Below the pieces are notes generated by a model that saw only the letters and a program-made list of their open reading frames with translations, ran no database searches and was not told where the DNA came from. Below are positions 56,816 through 62,349 of a DNA stretch of 62,349 nt, in pieces. The DNA lies in contig JAGLZA010000033.1 of NCBI GenBank assembly GCA_023131835.1, forward strand, positions 1-62,349, given 5' to 3'. Positions within the stretch are counted from its first letter, which is position 1. Each line of letters begins with the position of its first letter. Position numbers and translations under genes: made by a program. The stretch comes from a candidate division WOR-3 bacterium. Lineage in GTDB: Bacteria > Hydrothermota > UBA3072.

Positions 56816-58354
56816 ATGCTAGATCAAACCTTGTCAACCGAAGAAGTGAAAGAACCCTTAAAACCAGTGAATCCTATCTTCATCAACACTCCAACAGGAA
56901 CACTCGCTGTATTTGGTCACGAGTATGTGGCCAAGGAAATGTTAAAATTGATAGGTACTATACTATCCCATGATGCTTTTGAAATAGAATATCATGGAAT
57001 AAAAAGTATCGTTTTCCGAACTGATGGCTATCCAAAAGAAAATGGTGTAAGTGTATGTGCAACATTCGCACCTGATGTTTGTGGTGTAGCCATTAACATG
57101 GAGAAAACACTGGAAAAAGCCATTGAACGAAGTATGGACCATCCAGAAATGTCACTACTGGCAAGCTGGTGGACTGAAATGCTCTTTAATTTCGGCCACG
57201 AAGTACATCATGGTGTCGCATGGAACGTTGAAAGAAAAGAGTTAGTAAATGATGAAACTAAACGCCAGGAAGAAGAAGAACAGGCCGAAGAGTATAGTGA
57301 TTCTTTAATGGTAACTTTGGCACAAGATTATGACATTGAACCTCCAGCAATCAAAGACGAGATCTGGTTTAATACCCAAATCACTGAATTATTATCAGGT
57401 AAAGCCGAAGATACTTGGGCAAAAAATCAGCAAGAAATGCTGGACAACAAATATCTCTGGAAACATGTCCCCGAAGAAGGGGAACCGGTCATATTGTCCA
57501 CTTTTAAAGATCTAGTCTGTTTAATCTTCAATGGAGATATTGAAGCAGATGAATGGAACAAAGATACAATCAAAATCCCGGTTGGTGTCAAAACACTAGA
57601 TGAGCAATTAAATGGTAAGAAAATTACCATTGACAGTTCATCTGATGATTTACCAATTGAACAAGACAATCCACTGGTACAAGACATGCCATCAACACAG
57701 ATATCTTACAACGAGGATGATGATATGGGTAGTTATGATATGTATCAAGAACCAATCACTATACCTATTCAAACTCCCGTTCAAACTCCTGTTCAAACTT
57801 CTGTTGCTCCAATCTTTCCCTCCACTCCGTTACCGGCAAACATCCATAGTTCAGGGATTCAATATGATGGAGCTACTATAAGTAGAATTGCAAGACAAGT
57901 TTATATGAAAATGTATGACTTCATCTTCAGAAACTGCAGCCCATTACGAGATTCTGATGTAGGATTTGCCAATCCAGAAGCAGTATGCAGCATCCCAGTA
58001 CCACTTACTGATGAAGAAAAGATAATATTCGTCAGTATGAACCACAATGATATTAATGGAAGATGGTGCTCAGATGTACCTACTACAAATGGATTGCTTG
58101 GCAAAATTATGAAGAACACCAAACTTCCATCATATGAACTCACTATGAATGTCAACGGGGTAACACACAAAAGATTACTCATACCTCAAAACCCGGCAAA
58201 GAGAAATGCAACTGGACAACTGACTCAACGTGCAGTAGAAGCTAGAGCTGGCAACTGCATAGCCTATATTATGAATCCAGATGACAACACAAATGCAAAA
58301 TGGGGTCCATACATAGTCAATAGAGAATATAAAACCCCTCAAATACAGTCATGA
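56816..58354 (+). CDS. Large acidic protein with HExxH motif
   Basis: GHEVHHG followed by a downstream Glu-rich helix; Pro/Thr/Gln linker. Confidence 0.65.
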   Translation: MLDQTLSTEEVKEPLKPVNPIFINTPTGTLAVFGHEYVAKEMLKLIGTILSHDAFEIEYHGIKSIVFRTDGYPKENGVSVCATFAPDVCGVAINMEKTLEKAIERSMDHPEMSLLASWWTEMLFNFGHEVHHGVAWNVERKELVNDETKRQEEEEQAEEYSDSLMVTLAQDYDIEPPAIKDEIWFNTQITELLSGKAEDTWAKNQQEMLDNKYLWKHVPEEGEPVILSTFKDLVCLIFNGDIEADEWNKDTIKIPVGVKTLDEQLNGKKITIDSSSDDLPIEQDNPLVQDMPSTQISYNEDDDMGSYDMYQEPITIPIQTPVQTPVQTSVAPIFPSTPLPANIHSSGIQYDGATISRIARQVYMKMYDFIFRNCSPLRDSDVGFANPEAVCSIPVPLTDEEKIIFVSMNHNDINGRWCSDVPTTNGLLGKIMKNTKLPSYELTMNVNGVTHKRLLIPQNPAKRNATGQLTQRAVEARAGNCIAYIMNPDDNTNAKWGPYIVNREYKTPQIQS

Positions 58355-58623
58355 GGCCTATAAAGGCATTAGTCCTATCAATAGATAAACAAGCCGGAAT
58401 CAAAATTAGGCTTGAATCCGGCTTACTTGCAACATTGCCTTATAACAAAAATAAAAATGTTGGTCAAACTATACATGTAACCTTTAATTTTACAAAAAAA
58501 CAAGTTGTTGGCGCAATTAATACATATAAAGAAGAAAATATGCCAACTCCAACAAAAACAGACAAGGGAGATGTTGATAACGATCCGGAAAATCCTGAAC
58601 TAATAGAAGCGTTATTGGCTTAA
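58351..58623 (+). CDS. Hypothetical protein (possible OB/S1-like fold)
   Basis: ATGA overlap with the upstream gene. Confidence 0.6.
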   Translation: MRPIKALVLSIDKQAGIKIRLESGLLATLPYNKNKNVGQTIHVTFNFTKKQVVGAINTYKEENMPTPTKTDKGDVDNDPENPELIEALLA

Positions 58624-58887
58624 GGGTTTGTTGGAAGTCTCCCCTGCTTTGTGACGGTTGGTGGTTGTTGGTCTGGTTTCTCGGTTGATCCGATTTTCCG
58701 TTAATCTTGTCTTCCCGGTCTTTCATCGTTTTGATATACGGAGCGATTTCGATTACATTCAAAGTCTTACGCTCAACTATGTATGAATAAAAATTATAAG
58801 ACCCCAAGAACCAACAATCACCTCCATTTTAATTTATTTAATTTCATTAACCGATGATTAACATCATCACAAGAAAGGAGCAGCATT

Positions 58888-59733
58888 ATGAGTAGAGCCA
58901 TTGGGATCGCATCAGCACAGTTTATTGGAGCAAGAATCGCGGGACAAGTAACATACATCCCCGCACACGTCAAGAACGGGAAAAACATCAATCAGAGATG
59001 TATTATCCCAACTTATGTAAACAGTAACAGAGGTACCAATCGTGACGGAACTCCCGGAAGAAGTGACCAGTTCAGACTAGTCGCCTGGGGCAAATTGGCA
59101 GATATATGTGCCAAATCCCTGCCAAAGGGAAAAGCATTGGATTGTGTATGTGCCCCCCATTCATATGAAGGGCGTATGTATGATGCCCAGGGAAATATGA
59201 AGGTGGACAACACTGGACAACCTATCACGGTCGAAAGAATCGGATTTACCATTGAAAGACTCGTATTCGGTGAAGAAAGCCAGAAAGAAGTTGACCTGGA
59301 AATCCAGGCCGGCCGACGACCCGTTAACTGGGCCAATCCGCAGCATCCAGATTATCAATTATGGTTGCAAATATTGCGGGATAGACAAGCTGTCCAATAT
59401 GTCGGAGGAGAGACTTTTGGTTTTGCAAGAGTTGTTATACCATCAGGTCCCGGCATTGCACTTATGACCGGCCAACCTTTGACAGCACAAGGAACAGCGG
59501 CAGCGGGAGTAACTCCAGCAGCCGTAGATCCAACTCAACTAGCACAAGCAGTTGCTGAAGTACTCAGAACAGGCCAAGTGCTAAACACACAGTCACCAGC
59601 GGTACCAAACGTAACACCATTTCAGACTCCGGTAGGAGCATCAAATATACCGTTATCACCTACAGGACCAAGTGTAACACCGTTCCAAACACCGGTAGGG
59701 CAGCAAAATGTTGGAACACAGCAAATATTCTAG
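58888..59733 (+). CDS. ssb: Single-stranded DNA-binding protein (OB-fold) with long P/Q/T tail
   Basis: FRLVAWGKLADICAKSLPKGK; tail ends in IF. Confidence 0.75.
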   Translation: MSRAIGIASAQFIGARIAGQVTYIPAHVKNGKNINQRCIIPTYVNSNRGTNRDGTPGRSDQFRLVAWGKLADICAKSLPKGKALDCVCAPHSYEGRMYDAQGNMKVDNTGQPITVERIGFTIERLVFGEESQKEVDLEIQAGRRPVNWANPQHPDYQLWLQILRDRQAVQYVGGETFGFARVVIPSGPGIALMTGQPLTAQGTAAAGVTPAAVDPTQLAQAVAEVLRTGQVLNTQSPAVPNVTPFQTPVGASNIPLSPTGPSVTPFQTPVGQQNVGTQQIF

Positions 59734-59766
59734 CCATCTTTTAGTTTGTTTATCGAAGTGACCCTT

Positions 59767-59810
59767 GATGGGAAAGACACTTATTATTGGTGTCTTTCCC
59801 ATTTTTTTTT
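59767..59810 (+). terminator. Intrinsic terminator after ssb
   Basis: ATGGGAAAGACAC / GTGTCTTTCCCAT stem followed by a T run. Confidence 0.85.
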
Positions 59811-59826
59811 ATTTAAAGGAATAATT

Positions 59827-60009
59827 ATGCTATATATATACTGTATTTTTTTTACTAGTATACTATATACAACTATATTTATTTATTACAAAATTAATTT
59901 TATCAAGGGCTGGATTTTTGGCTTATTGGAACTAGACCTGTCTTTTAACTCCCGAAAATTTTTTAGAAGGAAAAAAAATGAAAAAATATTTAAAAAAATT
60001 GATTCTTAA
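59827..60009 (+). CDS. Small membrane protein
   Basis: Start moved to MLYIY (AAGGA SD). Confidence 0.4.
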   Translation: MLYIYCIFFTSILYTTIFIYYKINFIKGWIFGLLELDLSFNSRKFFRRKKNEKIFKKIDS

Positions 60010-60205
60010 CTCGTTGGCTTTTAATCTTTGGTGGGATTATATACCAGAACCAAACAGATTTTTTATCTTTCTATCAATAATATTCATTTTAATAACAATT
60101 TCTATTTGTGTCACACCACTTATACCAATCTCAATTTGTATGTTATTATTAATTTCTCGAATACAGTATTTTATTTACAGAAAAAGGAAAAAAACAATAT
60201 GTTAA
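59978..60205 (+). CDS. Small membrane protein
   Basis: Two hydrophobic segments and a basic tail. Confidence 0.55.
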   Translation: MKKYLKKLILNSLAFNLWWDYIPEPNRFFIFLSIIFILITISICVTPLIPISICMLLLISRIQYFIYRKRKKTIC

Positions 60206-60357
60206 CTGAAAAACTCATAGCACTAATTATAACAGGTACTATTGGTATAGGATTAACATTTGCTAGAAGATATAATAATCCACAAAATAGTGCTGGATAT
60301 CTTATAGCAGGTTTTACACTTGGTATAGTTATAATAACTATGTTAAATTATTTATAA
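60199..60357 (+). CDS. Small two-TM membrane protein
   Basis: Start moved to MLTEK. Confidence 0.55.
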   Translation: MLTEKLIALIITGTIGIGLTFARRYNNPQNSAGYLIAGFTLGIVIITMLNYL

Positions 60358-60443
60358 CTGAATTATTTTACCAAAGACTGGGTTTTTGGCTTATTAGAAC
60401 CGGCTTTATTTTTTAATTCCTGTAAAATTGGAGGGGCATAATT

Positions 60444-60965
60444 ATGAAAGAAGAACATTCAACAGTATTCGACTCTATACCTATAAAACAAAAATGTACA
60501 GTAATATTTGATAATAATAAAATAATATTAAAAGGAAGTCCAAGAAGACCAGCAATTTGTAACAGTACAAATATAATGGAAATTACCAATCATATTAAAT
60601 CTTTACATAATACTCATATAAAAGAAGTGAGACTAAAAAATTTTGACAATAATGTTCATACACTACTAAAAGAGATTGCTAAAGAATATATAGACGAATA
60701 TTTGAGTAAGAAAGAAACTCATATTCCTCTAACTCCCTATAATTGGGAAAAAACTTTAATAAGTATATTAGACGAAGTTAAAAATCAAATAAAGAAAACA
60801 CAGTATATAAAGATTATAAATTCTTTTATAACTGTTGAAGAACATGCGATTACTATCATGTTTAGAAATACAGAAAATAATCGTATCTTACAAGATACTC
60901 TTTTAATAGTCGATAATTTTGAAGTTACTATAAATACAAAAATTGGATCTATAGTATTTGAATAA
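60444..60965 (+). CDS. Hypothetical protein
   Basis: GGAGGG SD. Confidence 0.65.
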   Translation: MKEEHSTVFDSIPIKQKCTVIFDNNKIILKGSPRRPAICNSTNIMEITNHIKSLHNTHIKEVRLKNFDNNVHTLLKEIAKEYIDEYLSKKETHIPLTPYNWEKTLISILDEVKNQIKKTQYIKIINSFITVEEHAITIMFRNTENNRILQDTLLIVDNFEVTINTKIGSIVFE

Positions 60966-61051
60966 AGAAAAAATCCACTACACCGGTGGTAAAAGATATT
61001 TTAATAAACCGACTTTTTTTAAACATACAAAAATTAGAAAGGAGAAATATT

Positions 61052-61588
61052 ATGTTTTGGTTTGCAATATTTGCTGCGAGTTTTGTAATGATGTCAATAG
61101 AAAGTATTATTCTATTAAAAAAACATAACAAAGATGTTAAACAACATGAAGAAAATATTAAGTCAGATAAAAGTTATTACGGAAGTAAACCACACATATC
61201 ATCATCAACAATATTAATAGTCTATATATGTATAGTTGTAACAAGTGGATTTATAACCATAATACATGGAGTAGATGGTATGTTAGATTACCCATCTTTG
61301 GTAAAACAATGGGGTCATGTTGAAGCTTTACAAAACAGAGTAGAAGATATAAGAAAGGCTTCTTATGAATATAAAAAGGATGGTGGTTTCGTTGCAGGTA
61401 GTGTAGAAAATTTAAGCCAAAGTACTAATTTGTCTAAATATATAGCAAATTTATCTACCAAAGAAGCGGAATATAATGCACATCTACAAAGTTCTAGAGT
61501 TTTTAAAGAGGTATTCATATTAAGTTTCTTTGGAAATGGTTGGGCTATATCAAATAAAATATATGACCTGCCAGAAGTAACAAAATAG
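61052..61588 (+). CDS. Membrane protein with two TM segments and helical C-terminal domain
   Basis: Start moved to MFWFA (AAGGAG SD). Confidence 0.65.
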   Translation: MFWFAIFAASFVMMSIESIILLKKHNKDVKQHEENIKSDKSYYGSKPHISSSTILIVYICIVVTSGFITIIHGVDGMLDYPSLVKQWGHVEALQNRVEDIRKASYEYKKDGGFVAGSVENLSQSTNLSKYIANLSTKEAEYNAHLQSSRVFKEVFILSFFGNGWAISNKIYDLPEVTK

Positions 61589-61607
61589 TGCAAGGAGGAA
61601 AAACATC

Positions 61608-61982
61608 ATGTTAATGACAAAATTAGATTTTGGAGTTTTAAGAAGCCAAACATTAATCAATATTACTGGAAATGTTGGTGATAAAAGTATGGTTTTTACA
61701 ACCATCGACAATAAAGAATATAACCTGTATAACCAAGATGAAAATTTTGGTAATGATGTTCAAGTTATCGTTAAAGAAATTACAGGAGACCTATCTGATC
61801 TTCTCAATCATCCACTTTTAATGGCTGAAATGGTTACAAATAAAGGGAAAAATCCAGGAATTTCTGAAACATGGACATTTTACAAATTAGCAACCATTAA
61901 AGGTTCTGTAACAATTCAATGGTATGGTAGATCAAATGGATATTATTCAGAAGCAGTTGATTTTTGTAAATCAGTTGAATAG
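61608..61982 (+). CDS. Conserved-type phage hypothetical protein
   Basis: TWTFYKLATIKGSVTIQWYGRSNGYYSE; AGGAGG SD. Confidence 0.75.
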   Translation: MLMTKLDFGVLRSQTLINITGNVGDKSMVFTTIDNKEYNLYNQDENFGNDVQVIVKEITGDLSDLLNHPLLMAEMVTNKGKNPGISETWTFYKLATIKGSVTIQWYGRSNGYYSEAVDFCKSVE

Positions 61983-62209
61983 ATTTCTTTCTTCCGCCCA
62001 TCAATAACATCTAATAATTCATATTCAATAGGTAACTGAGTATGGTTAAAATAATTATGTACTATATTACTATACAATTCTATTATACTAGACTTAGTTA
62101 CCTTTTGAGATTTTCCATCAACCATCCTTTCTGGTAATAGCTGAATTAATTCTTCTATCCTATCCATAGCCTCATTTGATATTGTAGCACACAATCTTTG
62201 TTTTACCAC
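61943..62209 (-). CDS. Ribbon-helix-helix-like regulator (candidate)
   Basis: AGGAG SD, GTG start, KQRLCATISNEAMDRIEEL...TKSSIIE; own promoter upstream. Confidence 0.55.
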   Translation of the reverse strand: MVKQRLCATISNEAMDRIEELIQLLPERMVDGKSQKVTKSSIIELYSNIVHNYFNHTQLPIEYELLDVIDGRKKEIYSTDLQKSTASE

Positions 62210-62240
62210 GATAAACTCCTTTTAGTTTAATAATTAGTAG

Positions 62241-62338
62241 TGTAGTATATTACGCTATCTTATTAAACAATATAAGCATTAATTTAAGTTTGTCAAGTCT
62301 TTTTTTAAATAAACTGCATTTTTTTGTAGTATATTACG
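62241..62338 (-). promoter_or_regulatory. Sigma70-like promoter flanked by two identical 14-bp operator-like sites
   Basis: TTGACA-16-TATATT at 62269-62296; TGTAGTATATTACG at 62241-62254 and 62325-62338. Confidence 0.65.
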
Positions 62339-62349
62339 GTATAGTATAT

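Larger units (their letters stand above)
54523..58644 (+). repeat. Dispersed intergenic RGTCTC(CCC) motifs
   Basis: Copies at 54523, 54560, 54574, 54944, 55035, 55072, 56739 and 58637, all between genes. Confidence 0.7.

Noticed and set aside
48135-61593. The - strand ORF-track entries in the right arm and same-strand off-frame ORFs (e.g. 57330, 57612, 59252)
   Set aside because: They overlap well-supported + strand genes and lack an SD.
1-62349. tRNA, rRNA, alternative genetic code, DGR or retron
   Set aside because: No cloverleaf or reverse transcriptase was seen by eye, and genes are intact and densely packed under code 11. tRNAscan-SE was not run.

Overview
A 62-kb piece of a large, AT-rich tailed dsDNA phage genome with no host chromosomal context. 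Bases 1-45.3 kb are encoded almost entirely on the - strand. The head and packaging module has TerS, an intein-containing TerL, two lysis-like membrane genes, portal, a PAS-domain protein, protease/scaffold, decoration protein, major capsid protein and three large virion proteins. The accessory arm has a dNMP kinase, amidase, PQ-loop protein, a volactin-like actin with a coiled-coil partner, ClpP, an HTH protein ending in palindromic iteron-like repeats, MetAP, a MepA-like peptidase, two trypsin-like proteases, phosphoesterases, a SpoT-like HD hydrolase, a GIY-YIG homing endonuclease and an HslV-like Ntn hydrolase. After a strand switch at about 45.3-45.7 kb, a + strand early-type region of small genes encodes macrodomain, NADAR, DUF488-like, SLOG, DnaJ-like and SSB proteins. 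The strongest unexplained signals are non-coding: five copies of a two-hairpin element with complementary loops in front of early genes, an isolated type I toxin-like peptide gene whose 3' end can fold back over its own SD and start codon, a second kissing-hairpin pair, and several repeated promoter or operator motifs. All family assignments come from motifs recognised by eye; no database search was run.
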